From contig JBBSVN010000001.1 in the NCBI GenBank assembly GCA_038046765.1, forward strand, positions 18,108 through 82,107: a DNA stretch of 64,000 nt. The letters run 5' to 3'. This DNA comes from Candidatus Micrarchaeota archaeon. Its GTDB lineage: Archaea; Micrarchaeota; Micrarchaeia; Anstonellales; Bilamarchaeaceae. Under the pieces are notes generated by a model. That model made no database searches and was not told the DNA's origin. It saw nothing but the letters and a program-made list of their open reading frames with translations. Every line of letters begins with the position of its first letter. Within the stretch, counting starts at the first letter, position 1. The translations under genes and the position numbers were made by a program. Below, piece after piece: positions 49,660-59,643 of this stretch.

Positions 49660-50757
49660 TTAAAATTCTCCCAGCGTTTTTTGTCCTTTTTTACTTTCTA
49701 GTTTTTCCACACGAACTCCAGCACGCCGAAAGTTTACGGTAGTGATGCTTAAAAGTTCTGTGTACAATTCTTTTGCTACTTTTTTAATTTCCTCAACATC
49801 GCTTGAAGCCCTCATGATTGTCTTTGACTTAGTGTGCATCGCAATTGTAGAATCTATTGCATTTATCCCAACAGTTTCGAAAGTAAGATTATTTGCCTTT
49901 AGTTCTTCTGCAATGTCTTCTGCTAAAGCATTAACTAGTTCCATTATCTCGTTTATATCTCGTGTATCCTCTTTAAGCGTAGCAATTCGACTAATCTGTT
50001 TTTGTTCAGAAGACATTTGGACAATGCTTTCATCAATTCCTCTACTTGCCTGGTAAAGAAAAACTCCTGTTTTTTTACCAAACTTTTCTACTAAAATAAC
50101 TGGGTCAATTGACCTTAAGTCTGAAATTGTACGTACGCTCATCCCTTCCAAAGCTTCTTTTGTTTTGTCGCCTACCCCTGGAATTGCATCAGCTTCCATG
50201 TAAGATAAAAAAGTCTCCACTTCGTTTGGTTTAACCATTGTAAGCCCATTTGGTTTAGCCTGTGCGCTTGCGATTTTAGCAATTAATTTATTTGGTCCAA
50301 TCCCAACTGAACATGTTAGTTTTATCTTTTCCAAAATTTCTTTTTTGATTCTTTGTGCAAGGTCTTTTGCTTTAAAGTAATCCCCTTTTGATTTTTCGCT
50401 TAAGTCAAGATAAGCTTCATCAATACTGGTTTGTTCGAACTTGGAAATACTTACTTGCTTTAGAAGAATTTGCATAATTTGCTCGGAGAAATTTGCATAA
50501 TATGCGTGATCCGCTCTTAAGAAAGTCGCATCTTTTCCCTCAAGAATTTTCTTTGCCCGAATAATTGGCATTCCTGATTTAACCCCGAATTTCCTGGCTA
50601 CGTAATTGCATGTTGAAACTGCTCCGCTATCCTGCGTTCGTCCTGAATAAATACAAACGACGATTGGTTTTCCTTTTGAATCTGGGTGTCTAAGTTCCTC
50701 AACTTGGGCAAAGAAGTAGTCTAGGTCAAGGTGGAGAATGATGCGATTGGGAGACAT
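49660..50757 (-). CDS. dinB: Y-family DNA polymerase IV (DinB/Dpo4)
   Basis: HLDLDYFFAQVE, CNYVARKFGVKSGM, SIDEAYLD, KPNGL; C-terminal PIP-like QKTLGEF. Confidence 0.96.
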   Translation of the reverse strand: MSPNRIILHLDLDYFFAQVEELRHPDSKGKPIVVCIYSGRTQDSGAVSTCNYVARKFGVKSGMPIIRAKKILEGKDATFLRADHAYYANFSEQIMQILLKQVSISKFEQTSIDEAYLDLSEKSKGDYFKAKDLAQRIKKEILEKIKLTCSVGIGPNKLIAKIASAQAKPNGLTMVKPNEVETFLSYMEADAIPGVGDKTKEALEGMSVRTISDLRSIDPVILVEKFGKKTGVFLYQASRGIDESIVQMSSEQKQISRIATLKEDTRDINEIMELVNALAEDIAEELKANNLTFETVGINAIDSTIAMHTKSKTIMRASSDVEEIKKVAKELYTELLSITTVNFRRAGVRVEKLESKKGQKTLGEF

Positions 50758-50759
50758 GG

Positions 50760-51197
50760 TTATCGTTTAGTTAATTCTTTTGATTTTTGTAAGAATTCTT
50801 TTGCAACTTTGATAATATGTTCTGCGGATCTATCAGAGTAAGCTAAGCCATAATCCGCATCCATCCTAGAGATCATACACTCTCTAAAATTCCTACTTAA
50901 TCTTGGTTCGATTTTATTGGTAAGCACGTACAATTCTTCCAATGCAGTTAATAAGCAATAGTGGCTTTTTTCCCTATAACCTTGTAAGAAAACTAATCCT
51001 TTTGCAGCGTGAAACATTGAATAATAAGCTTGTATGATCGCCCATTTAGGGTCGTTATCAGAAAGAGATTTTTCTGCACTTTTCAGGTCTTTCTCCGCTT
51101 CATTAATTTCTTTTTCAACTAAACCATAATCGAAATTGATCTTAACTAATGCACCTCTTTCTAGACATTTTTTAAAATCTAGATTCATTTTGATCAT
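50760..51197 (-). CDS. HEPN domain protein
   Basis: AYYSMFHAAK, EKSH, RMDADY; coupled to MNT. Confidence 0.88.
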   Translation of the reverse strand: MIKMNLDFKKCLERGALVKINFDYGLVEKEINEAEKDLKSAEKSLSDNDPKWAIIQAYYSMFHAAKGLVFLQGYREKSHYCLLTALEELYVLTNKIEPRLSRNFRECMISRMDADYGLAYSDRSAEHIIKVAKEFLQKSKELTKR

Positions 51198-51714
51198 CCC
51201 AAATAAAAATGCCTTTATTTATCCTTTGATAGAGTGGTTTATCTTTTTCCATTAAATTCGAATATTCCAAGCTATTTAATATTAATGGAGAGACTTTAGA
51301 AAACTTTTGTATTGCTTCAAATACTTTGCTTTTTTCGCTACTTAGTATAAATAAGTCGATATCACTATCTGAAGTGTTGGTACCTTCGGCACAGCTACCA
51401 AATAGAATAACTTGTCTACTAAAAAGCTTAATTTTTTCTACAATTTCTTTTTCTAGAAATTCCACAACCATGGAAATCTTTAGTTGTCTTACTCTTGCGC
51501 TCTTGTCATTTCTTTTGTAAAGGGTCATTCTTCCTAGTTTTCTTTTTTCAACTAAATTTTCTTTAGTAAACTTCTTTAATACTGAATTTGCAGATCCAAC
51601 GCTGACCTTTGCTTTTTTGGCAATTTTTCTTTCATACATTTCTTCATCTTGCTCTAAAATGAAGTTCAGTATTTTTACTTCTGTTTTTGAAAGCAAATTC
51701 AATTTTTTGAACAT
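51172..51714 (-). CDS. wHTH-fused minimal nucleotidyltransferase (MNT antitoxin)
   Basis: N-terminal wHTH; LFGSCAEG...DSDIDL. Confidence 0.9.
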   Translation of the reverse strand: MFKKLNLLSKTEVKILNFILEQDEEMYERKIAKKAKVSVGSANSVLKKFTKENLVEKRKLGRMTLYKRNDKSARVRQLKISMVVEFLEKEIVEKIKLFSRQVILFGSCAEGTNTSDSDIDLFILSSEKSKVFEAIQKFSKVSPLILNSLEYSNLMEKDKPLYQRINKGIFIWDDQNESRF

Positions 51715-51740
51715 AAGTTCAATTTAATGAACAAACGTTT
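51707..51740. promoter_or_regulatory. Operator palindrome over the MNT start codon
   Basis: TTGAAC-ATAA-GTTCAA (51707-51722) plus degenerate copy TGAAC-AAAC-GTTT. Confidence 0.6.
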
Positions 51741-51760
51741 ATTAAATATTTGCATTTTGA

Positions 51761-52522
51761 CTACTTTTTAGTTGATTTGCCAAGTTTCCAAAGGAGGTTA
51801 AAGTAATGGAGGTAACTATCAGCTACTTCTTTATTTTTAATCAAAATCGATAGTTTCTGTTGTTCGGTAACAACCATTATCGCAACATATTCTTTGAAAA
51901 TATGAATGAATGCTGGAGTTTTGATATTTTTTGGCAAATATCTTTGCTCTGCGTAAGGTCTAGGTTCTCTTTTCTTTCCAAACCACGTATCGTAATCATA
52001 GAGAATTTTACTGTGAACTTTTTTCTTAGTCATCTTTATGTGAAAATCCTTAAAATATGCATTAAGTAATTGGCTAGCTAAAAGTGGGTAACCTATAGTA
52101 TAAAACGTTTCATTAGAAGTAGTTAATTCAAGCGAGAGATCATAGACGCTTTTTACTCCCCTTAGCCCTTCTAAAAGTTCTACAGAATATTCTTCTTTTT
52201 CTTTTGAATAAAGTTGCTTCAGTTGAGGTATAATCTGGTCTAGGTCGAATTTAGTTTTAACCAATTCCTGCTCTTTTAAATCTAATAGATGCCTTATTGC
52301 ATTTGGTCTATTAGCCCGGAATTTTTTAACCCCTCCTTGAAGAAAATAACCAACTAAGCCTTTTTGTACGAGCTTATCTAATATGTAATAAATTTTAGAT
52401 GAAGGAATGTTCGTATTTTTAACAAGAGGTCCAGTTGTAATTTCCCCTAGATTAAGAAGAGTAAAATAAACTTTGATTTCTTTGTCATCAAGGCCGAGTT
52501 TTTTTAATGTACTTAAATCCAT
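51761..52522 (-). CDS. TrmB-family transcriptional regulator
   Basis: LGLDDKEIKVYFTLL, SKIYYILDKLVQKGLV, EGLRGV, YFNLLWK. Confidence 0.9.
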   Translation of the reverse strand: MDLSTLKKLGLDDKEIKVYFTLLNLGEITTGPLVKNTNIPSSKIYYILDKLVQKGLVGYFLQGGVKKFRANRPNAIRHLLDLKEQELVKTKFDLDQIIPQLKQLYSKEKEEYSVELLEGLRGVKSVYDLSLELTTSNETFYTIGYPLLASQLLNAYFKDFHIKMTKKKVHSKILYDYDTWFGKKREPRPYAEQRYLPKNIKTPAFIHIFKEYVAIMVVTEQQKLSILIKNKEVADSYLHYFNLLWKLGKSTKK

Positions 52523-52545
52523 ACTACTACCAAATAGTAGTAGTA
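52522..52545. promoter_or_regulatory. Palindromic operator between trmB and the HD gene
   Basis: TACTACTA-CCAAA-TAGTAGTA; contains TACT-N7-AGTA (52525-52539). Confidence 0.6.
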
Positions 52546-52578
52546 AAAGGATATATTTATAATTAACCTAGTATATTT

Positions 52579-53211
52579 ATGGCTTACACATACAATCCAA
52601 TCTATACTCATTTTAAAGGAGACAACATCTCACGTTGTGAATTAATTGAAAGAAAGGTCGTAGAAATAATTTTGAAAAGTGAAATGCCTGACGAAGAAAG
52701 GTCATGGGGTAAAACCTTTGAACTAAAGCATAGCTCAGCAGTAACTCAAATAGGCAGAATTTTAGCGCAGAAAAGAGGATTAGATCCAGAACTAGGTGCG
52801 ATTATATGTGCAATGCACGACATTTATGTTTTTACGACTGGAAGGGTTACTGATCATGCTCACAAAGGAGCACCTATTGCTAAAAAAATATTGGAAGAAA
52901 CCAAGAAGTTTACGAGCCAAGAAATAGAAACGATAACAACTGCAATATATGCTCACAGTGATAAACATCTCGTGTCTGATAATCCTTATGTTGAACTTGT
53001 TAAGGATGCAGATGTACTAGATTGTGGGCTCTATGAAGGAGTTCACGATGCGTATGTTTATGAAAAATCTCCTGAAAACTGCAGACATTACTTTGATCGA
53101 ATTAAAAGAGTTCGAACTGAACTTGGATTGCCTAAAGATGCAAAATGGGATAGCATAAAATATATAGAACAAGGGAAATATTTTAAAGAGGAGAAAAAGA
53201 ATGAAAACTGA
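52579..53211 (+). CDS. HD-domain phosphohydrolase
   Basis: KHS...MHDI...HAHKGA...HSD...DADVLD. Confidence 0.9.
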   Translation: MAYTYNPIYTHFKGDNISRCELIERKVVEIILKSEMPDEERSWGKTFELKHSSAVTQIGRILAQKRGLDPELGAIICAMHDIYVFTTGRVTDHAHKGAPIAKKILEETKKFTSQEIETITTAIYAHSDKHLVSDNPYVELVKDADVLDCGLYEGVHDAYVYEKSPENCRHYFDRIKRVRTELGLPKDAKWDSIKYIEQGKYFKEEKKNEN

Positions 53212-54640
53212 ACATTGGTTTACCTGGGAAAGGGAAGCAACAATTCATCCAATACTTATGTGCATGGAAGCTTGGATCGAACCAATGGCAAAAGCTTATG
53301 CAAGACCTTGGCCAACTACAATAATTATCTATAATGGAGATATTGTTTCTTGGTATAATCCTTGGGTGGAACTTCTGGACTATGGAGATTTTCTTATAAA
53401 AAGATTTTCTAAACCAGATGAACAAAAAGCATTAGTGGAACAGATAGAAAGATATGCAAAAGAAATAGTAAATATGTTTAGAGAATTTGAAGAAATAGAC
53501 CTGAGCGATTTATCTGCTAAAGAAATTTTACCTATTTATAATATCCTTCACAAAAATTATGTAAACTGGTTTATTCCAGGTGGCTTAGTAGAACCAATAG
53601 GGCATCAGGGAGAAAAACTTGTACGAAAATTGCTTGAGAATTTAGATGAAACTGAAAAGAACGATTCATTCACCATACTAACCTCAGCTACTAAAGAATC
53701 TTTTAGCAGACGCGAATTAAAGGAACTTTTAGAAATTGCAATAGTAAAAAAAGAAGGAAAAGATGTCAGCAAACTTTTGCAATTGCATGCTAAAAAATAT
53801 TTTTGGACTCATAATAATTACTTTGTAACTGAGGTTTTGGATAAAAAATTCTTTGAAAAAGAATTTGAACTAGTTATTGCAAAGTATTCTGATCCAAAAC
53901 AAGAAATAATCAGAATGGATGAAGAACTTAAGAAAGTTCAAAAAGACAAAGAAGAGCTACTAGGAAAACTGAAAATCGATCAAGATGGAAGAAATTTAAT
54001 CGAACTACTTAATTTATTTAGTTGGTATCAAGACTATCGAAAAGAAATTACAATGCAAATGCTACACTATTTGGATTGGGTTTTAGAAGAAATCGGAGCA
54101 CGAAACGAAATTAGTTTGAAGGAAATGAAATACACTATGGCTACGGAAATCCCTGCTTTACTTGAAGGTAATTTTGATAAAGATGTTTTGAAAGAACGAA
54201 TGAAAAGGTTCCTATTTTATTATGATTACAAAGAAAATAAAATTGAATCCGGTACAGGCGAATGGAGTGTAAAAAAAGAAAAGGAAATATTCCAATCTTT
54301 AAAACATGAAGATGAAATCCTGGAATTAAGTGGAATGGTTGCAAGCAGGGGTTTTGTTAGGGGAATTGCAAGAGTGGCGATGAGCGCAAGCTATGCAACG
54401 AATATCCTTCCGGGGGAAATCTTAATTAGTTCAATGACTACTCCTGATTTTGTAACTTCTATGAAAAGAGCTGCTGCAATTGTCACCAATGAAGGCGGAA
54501 TTTTATGCCATGCCGCCGTAATTGCAAGAGAGTTTGGACTTCCCTGCATTGTCGGAACAAAGCTCGCTACAAAGGTTTTCAAAACAGGAGATTTAATCGA
54601 AGTTGATGGTGAACTGGGAGTTGTAAGGAAAATAAAATAA
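53201..54640 (+). CDS. Protein with C-terminal PEP-utiliser phospho-His swivel domain, no ATP-grasp domain
   Basis: GEILISSMTTPDF...AIVTNEGGILCHAAVIAREFGLPCIVGTK...VDGELGVV after ~370-aa helical region. Confidence 0.88.
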   Translation: MKTEHWFTWEREATIHPILMCMEAWIEPMAKAYARPWPTTIIIYNGDIVSWYNPWVELLDYGDFLIKRFSKPDEQKALVEQIERYAKEIVNMFREFEEIDLSDLSAKEILPIYNILHKNYVNWFIPGGLVEPIGHQGEKLVRKLLENLDETEKNDSFTILTSATKESFSRRELKELLEIAIVKKEGKDVSKLLQLHAKKYFWTHNNYFVTEVLDKKFFEKEFELVIAKYSDPKQEIIRMDEELKKVQKDKEELLGKLKIDQDGRNLIELLNLFSWYQDYRKEITMQMLHYLDWVLEEIGARNEISLKEMKYTMATEIPALLEGNFDKDVLKERMKRFLFYYDYKENKIESGTGEWSVKKEKEIFQSLKHEDEILELSGMVASRGFVRGIARVAMSASYATNILPGEILISSMTTPDFVTSMKRAAAIVTNEGGILCHAAVIAREFGLPCIVGTKLATKVFKTGDLIEVDGELGVVRKIK

Positions 54641-54653
54641 ATCAGAGATAGCT

Positions 54654-54719
54654 TTAAAAGTATGTAGTTTCTAAATATACATATTATTAAAAGTATGTAG
54701 TTTGGTGATATACATATTA
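54654..54719 (+). repeat. 33-bp tandem direct repeat over the ATPase start region
   Basis: TTAAAAGTATGTAGTTTctaaATATACATATTA followed by TTAAAAGTATGTAGTTTggtgATATACATATTA. Confidence 0.8.
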
Positions 54720-55925
54720 TTAGAAGATGCTTTAATCGAAACAAATCCTTGGTGGAAAGGGGAATTCTTTAAAATAGATATAAAACCCAGAAGGATATAC
54801 TATACTTTGCTCCCTTACTTAGAAAAGAAACAGGTAATCGGAATTTATGGATTACGTAGAACAGGCAAATCTTACTTAACATTTTACTTAATAAAAAAAC
54901 TAATTGAAAAAGAAAATCCAAAATCAATTTTTTATTTCTCTTTTGATGAGTTTAATCAAACTAACATTTCGGATGTTCTTAAGGTTGCGGAACAATTCAC
55001 TAAGACTCCAATAAAATTTGTTTTTTTTGATGAGATTCAAAAACTCGATAACTGGACTGAACAAATAAAAAGATTATACGATTTTAGAAATCTTAAGATA
55101 GTTCTTACAGGTTCAGAAACATTAATGCTTAGAAAAAGCTCTAGGGAATCACTCGCAGGGAGGATATTTGAATTTAAAATGAACCCACTTTCTTTTTCTG
55201 AATATCTTGAATTTAAAGGGATTTTGAATGATAAATTACACGAAAATGAAATAAAAGAAGCAGTAGAACATTACATGCTAATTTCGGGGTTTCCTGAATT
55301 AGTTAATGAAACTGAACATCTCTTTATCAAAAAATATATAAAAGAAGGGATATTAGAAAAGGCAATCTACAAAGACATTCCAAAAAGATATAAAATAGAT
55401 GATCCCTCGCTTTTGGAAAGAATGATGAATATAATTGCCAACAATCCCGGGTTGTTGATTGATAAAAATAGTTTTGCCAGGGATCTTGGTGTTTTTAGGC
55501 AAACTATTTCAAAATATCTTTTTTATCTTGAAAGTTCCTTTTTGATAAAAAGTTTGTATAATTATTCTAAAAATGCTAGTACAAGTGAAAAGAAACTTAA
55601 AAAGTATTATCTGGGGTTTTCGCCTTTAGCTGTTGAATTAAATCATGAAAATGAATTTATTGGTAAAGTAGTTGAAAATATATGTATTCTAAAAAGTAAT
55701 GCAAAATTTTTCTGGAGATCTGCGCAAAAAGATGAAGTAGACATTATTTTGGAAAATCCAGTTTTTCCTGTTGAAGTTAAATATCGTAATCAGGTTAGTT
55801 CTGGTGGAATTGATAGATTTAAGGAATTATTTAAGGTAAAACGTAGTTTAGTTATAACTAAAGATATTGAAAAAATAGACGGAGATAAAAAATACGTTCC
55901 ATTTTGGAAATGGTTACTCGAATAA
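54702..55925 (+). CDS. AAA+ ATPase, AAA_14/DUF4143 family
   Basis: NPWW, GLRRTGKS, FDEIQ, ESLAGR, GFPE, EVD, PVEVKY. Confidence 0.9.
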   Translation: MVIYILLEDALIETNPWWKGEFFKIDIKPRRIYYTLLPYLEKKQVIGIYGLRRTGKSYLTFYLIKKLIEKENPKSIFYFSFDEFNQTNISDVLKVAEQFTKTPIKFVFFDEIQKLDNWTEQIKRLYDFRNLKIVLTGSETLMLRKSSRESLAGRIFEFKMNPLSFSEYLEFKGILNDKLHENEIKEAVEHYMLISGFPELVNETEHLFIKKYIKEGILEKAIYKDIPKRYKIDDPSLLERMMNIIANNPGLLIDKNSFARDLGVFRQTISKYLFYLESSFLIKSLYNYSKNASTSEKKLKKYYLGFSPLAVELNHENEFIGKVVENICILKSNAKFFWRSAQKDEVDIILENPVFPVEVKYRNQVSSGGIDRFKELFKVKRSLVITKDIEKIDGDKKYVPFWKWLLE

Positions 55926-55929
55926 AAGA

Positions 55930-56403
55930 TCAAAACTCCTCCATTTCTCCTTTATTTTCAATCTTCTTTTTGTTTAAAGTTTCTAAGTCCTTTATTAGTT
56001 GCTCTGAGTTTTCAAAATTATCTATTTTTATCATGAATCTTTTTCGATCGGATTTGATCCAAATGCTCTTTGTTTTAACTGGTTCAGATAATCTTTCAAT
56101 ACGACCTACGATTGTTTTATAATCGATTTTATCAAATTTAGTTATCTTAACGCTTCTAAATGAATAATTTAAAATAAGTTCCTTGTTCGTCATTTCGATA
56201 CTAAAAATTTCCAGGTAAAACATCAACAAGGTAAGTAGTGCCCCACAAATTCCAATAATTGAAAAGAAGATACTAAAGGGATTTACAAAACCTTTAGTTA
56301 AACCTAAAAATCCGAAAAACAGAAACAGCGAACAACCAATAATCAGTAAAAGATATGTTAAGAAAATTTGAATAAATGCAGATTGTTTTAACTTGTATTT
56401 CAT
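55930..56403 (-). CDS. Two-TM membrane protein with small soluble domain
   Basis: 157 aa; two N-terminal hydrophobic helices. Confidence 0.6.
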   Translation of the reverse strand: MKYKLKQSAFIQIFLTYLLLIIGCSLFLFFGFLGLTKGFVNPFSIFFSIIGICGALLTLLMFYLEIFSIEMTNKELILNYSFRSVKITKFDKIDYKTIVGRIERLSEPVKTKSIWIKSDRKRFMIKIDNFENSEQLIKDLETLNKKKIENKGEMEEF

Positions 56404-56499
56404 ATCTAGTTAATTAAGATAAAAATTAAAAATTAGTTACTTCGTTGTCAATTACAAATTATTATCCCACTGTAGGATTATCCTGTGGCAGGATAATAA

Positions 56500-57009
56500 C
56501 TAAATAATCTCACAGCCTCTTCTAATTGTAGTCTCCTGTGGTTCATTTATCGCATCGCTCTTTTCAGTTCGATTTATTAACTCCAATTCCTCTGGATTAT
56601 ATCCTTCTCGTTTATTTTCTATATCTATAGGTATTGCAACGTAAAGACAAGCTGCTTGTGTTGGTACTCCTTTTACTTTAAGGTTTATTCTAGGGTCTAA
56701 AGGATTATCTGCAGGAGCTGCATCGTACTTGGCTGATTTTACTACATAAATTCTAGCATTTTCTTTAGTTGCAAGTGCTTTTGCTTCATCTAATTTTGGA
56801 ATGTTAAAACTTCCTATAATCGTTCCGATTACGTTTCCTTCACTAAAATTATCCGCTCGACTAACTTCTCCACTTGATAAATATAATGGGTGGCTATTTG
56901 CCCACAAAGTTGGCGTATTAAAATGAAGTTTTCCTGTTGTAAAATCAGTGGGTGGGGCGATGATCTTTGTTGTAATTTTTACTTCTGGTGCTGGAATTCT
57001 AGTTTTCAT
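56500..57009 (-). CDS. Hypothetical protein
   Basis: 169 aa; AGGT SD and TTTATAAA upstream. Confidence 0.6.
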   Translation of the reverse strand: MKTRIPAPEVKITTKIIAPPTDFTTGKLHFNTPTLWANSHPLYLSSGEVSRADNFSEGNVIGTIIGSFNIPKLDEAKALATKENARIYVVKSAKYDAAPADNPLDPRINLKVKGVPTQAACLYVAIPIDIENKREGYNPEELELINRTEKSDAINEPQETTIRRGCEII

Positions 57010-57177
57010 ATTTATTACCTGTATTAAATTAGTTCAAAATAGTTTATAAAAATTCATTTCTATTATTTTAGCCTAGTTTTGGTAGAAATAGAATAATAAA
57101 ATTAAAAAATCCAAAAATAAAAAGCTTAAAAGAAATAAACTAAAAATAAAAAAAAACAAAAAATTAAAAATAAAAGT

Positions 57178-59190
57178 TTAACCAAGTATCCCAATCGACT
57201 TCGCAACCAATATTGATGCAAAAACCAATGAAACCGTGTTTACTACTTTTATTAAAGCGTTTAAACTTGGTCCAGCAGTATCTTTAAGTGGATCACCAAC
57301 CGTATCTCCAACTACTGCTGCCTTGTGCGTATCGCTTCCTTTTCCTCCAAGCGCTCCTCCTTCGATGTATTTTTTAGCATTATCCCAAGCTGCTCCTGCT
57401 GTTGTCATTACTAAAGCAAGTAAAAACCCGCTTGCAATTGCTCCAGCTAGTAAACCTCCTAAAGCTGCTACTCCAAATACATAACCGACTAATAATGGAG
57501 TAAAGACTGCGATTATTCCTGGAAGAGTTAATTCCCGAAGTGCAGTTTTGGTTGAAATATCAACACATTTTGCATAATCTGGGGTTGCTTTTCCTTCCAT
57601 CAATCCTTTTATTTCTCTAAATTGTCGTCTTACTTCTTCAACAATTTCGAATGCTGCCTTTCCAACAGCCCGAATTAAAAGGCTCGAGAATATAAATGGC
57701 AAGAGCGCGCCAATAAATAATCCGATCGTTACACTTGGTTGCAATAAATTTATTGAAGTTAATTTACTTTCAACTGCAAAAGATGCAAATAATGCTAAAG
57801 CTCCAAGGGCAGCTCCTGCTATTGCGTATCCTTTGGTTGTTGCTTTAGTTGTGTTTCCAACTGCATCAAGTGCGTCCGTTACCTTTCTTATTTTTTCATC
57901 TAATCCTGACATTTCAGCTATTCCGCCAGCGTTATCCGTTATAGGGCCATATGCATCGATCGCAATTATTATCGCGCTCATACTTAACATTGCGGAAGCG
58001 GCTACTGCAACTGCATATACTCCTCCTAAGGAATACGCTGCTGCGATTGCGGCTATTATTATTATTGTAGGTAGAAGTGTTGACTCCATACCTATTGCTA
58101 ATCCTTGTATTATTGTTGTAGCTGCGCCCGTTTTACCGGCGTTTGCTATTTCTTGAACTGGAGAATACTCCTTTGCTGTATAATACTCTGTAACATAAAA
58201 CATCAGAATTGTAACTGCAACTCCGATTACTACTGAGAGGAACAGCGAAAAGTTATTTCCTGGTAATAATACTACTAACATTACGTAAGATAAGGCTAAC
58301 ATAATTATTGCGGTTGCGAAAATTCCATTATAAAACGCTCCCATTATATTGTTGTTTTTTGCTAGTTTAACAAATAATGAACCGATTATACTTGCTAATA
58401 CTCCCGCGGATGCGATTAAAATCGGTATCGCTGGATTTCCTAAAAGCATAGCTGCCATTACCGTAACTACAAAACTTTCAAATACATCTGCTGCCATTCC
58501 TGCGCAGTCACCAACGTTATCCCCTACATTATCTGCGATAACTGCTGGGTTTCTTGGGTCGTCTTCTGGAATTCCTTTTTCTACTTTACCAACTAAGTCA
58601 GCTCCAACGTCTGCTGCTTTTGTATAAATTCCACCTCCAACTCTAGAGAATAACGAAATTAATGACGCTCCAAATGCGTATCCAATTAGTGCGTTCGTAT
58701 TGCCAAATATAACATACGTTCCAACTAACCCTACAAGTCCTAAACCAGCTAAGGCGAATCCGGTTACAGCGCCTCCTTTAAACGCCATATCCAGTGCGCT
58801 TGCCATTCCTTTTTTAGCTGTTTCGGCTACTCGTACATTTGCCCTTACACTAACTTGCATTCCTACATATCCAGCAAGTGCGCTTGAAACTACCCCTAGT
58901 AAAAATGTGATCGCTGTTGTTGATGAATTTAAGCCGAGCCATATAACTACAAACAATACTAACACAACTGGAAGAAGTGTCTTATATTGCCTAGATAAAA
59001 ATGCGTCTGCTCCCGTATGAATTGCCTTTGCAATGCTCTGCATTTTTTCATTTCCCTTTGGTGCTTTTGTTATTACAAAGGTTAAATATGCGGCATACAA
59101 AAGTGAAATTAAACCAATTACAAAACCTATCGTGAGTGCTGATTGCATTGACAGGTCAATCATATTTGCTACTAACGTTGTTGCTACCAT
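57178..59190 (-). CDS. hppA: Membrane-bound pyrophosphatase, predicted K+-independent H+-PPase
   Basis: [34 protein letters not shown] (Lys at the K+-dependence site), [11 protein letters not shown]. Confidence 0.95.
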   Translation of the reverse strand: MVATTLVANMIDLSMQSALTIGFVIGLISLLYAAYLTFVITKAPKGNEKMQSIAKAIHTGADAFLSRQYKTLLPVVLVLFVVIWLGLNSSTTAITFLLGVVSSALAGYVGMQVSVRANVRVAETAKKGMASALDMAFKGGAVTGFALAGLGLVGLVGTYVIFGNTNALIGYAFGASLISLFSRVGGGIYTKAADVGADLVGKVEKGIPEDDPRNPAVIADNVGDNVGDCAGMAADVFESFVVTVMAAMLLGNPAIPILIASAGVLASIIGSLFVKLAKNNNIMGAFYNGIFATAIIMLALSYVMLVVLLPGNNFSLFLSVVIGVAVTILMFYVTEYYTAKEYSPVQEIANAGKTGAATTIIQGLAIGMESTLLPTIIIIAAIAAAYSLGGVYAVAVAASAMLSMSAIIIAIDAYGPITDNAGGIAEMSGLDEKIRKVTDALDAVGNTTKATTKGYAIAGAALGALALFASFAVESKLTSINLLQPSVTIGLFIGALLPFIFSSLLIRAVGKAAFEIVEEVRRQFREIKGLMEGKATPDYAKCVDISTKTALRELTLPGIIAVFTPLLVGYVFGVAALGGLLAGAIASGFLLALVMTTAGAAWDNAKKYIEGGALGGKGSDTHKAAVVGDTVGDPLKDTAGPSLNALIKVVNTVSLVFASILVAKSIGILG

Positions 59191-59204
59191 AAATTAAATC
59201 ACCA

Positions 59205-59298
59205 TTAGTTTAGCCTGTAGCTAGTAGCTTTTAGCTTGTAGCCACGACGAATTTGGGTTTCGTTGCCACCAGCCACTTGCCACATGCTAAATAGCTAA
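59205..59298. repeat. 7-bp-periodic imperfect inverted repeat in the hppA 5' region
   Basis: tagcctg tagctag tagcttt tagcttg tagccac ... tgccacc agccact tgccaca tgctaaa tagctaa. Confidence 0.7.
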
Positions 59299-59377
59299 AT
59301 AAATATATATAGAGCTATAAAAACTAAATATTTATAAAGTCTAAGTATGCATTTGAACCTTATCTAGGTGATAAATA

Positions 59378-59632
59378 ATGAGCGCACAAAAATATTTTCT
59401 TTTCGGTTTAATTTCTGCCACTTTGGCTATCGGGATAATCATAAAATATCCAACAGCGCTTGAAATGGTTGCGAGCGTAACTATGGGTTTAATCGTTTTA
59501 GGTTTGGCTTTCTTTGGAGTCGTATTTATGATGATGGCAGTTGAAGAGCTTAAATTTTCCCAGGTTAAAACTGCGGATAAGTCTGTAAAATCAAAAGATA
59601 CAAAGATAAAAAAAGAATCTAAAAAAGCTTAA
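59378..59632 (+). CDS. Small two-TM protein with basic tail
   Basis: GGTGAT SD; 84 aa. Confidence 0.7.
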   Translation: MSAQKYFLFGLISATLAIGIIIKYPTALEMVASVTMGLIVLGLAFFGVVFMMMAVEELKFSQVKTADKSVKSKDTKIKKESKKA

Positions 59633-59643
59633 GATTATGGAAG

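Noticed and set aside
53201..54640. Calling this gene ppsA (PEP synthase)
   Set aside because: Only the His swivel domain is recognisable; ATP-grasp and pyruvate-binding barrel are absent
49660..55925. Prophage or integrative element
   Set aside because: Accessory-looking genes but no integrase, transposase, capsid or att repeats visible
57236..59020. Plus-strand ORFs inside hppA and similar antisense ORFs (for example 6000-6614, 29778-30263, 62088-62648, 63486-63866)
   Set aside because: Shadow frames opposite well-supported genes, with no motifs
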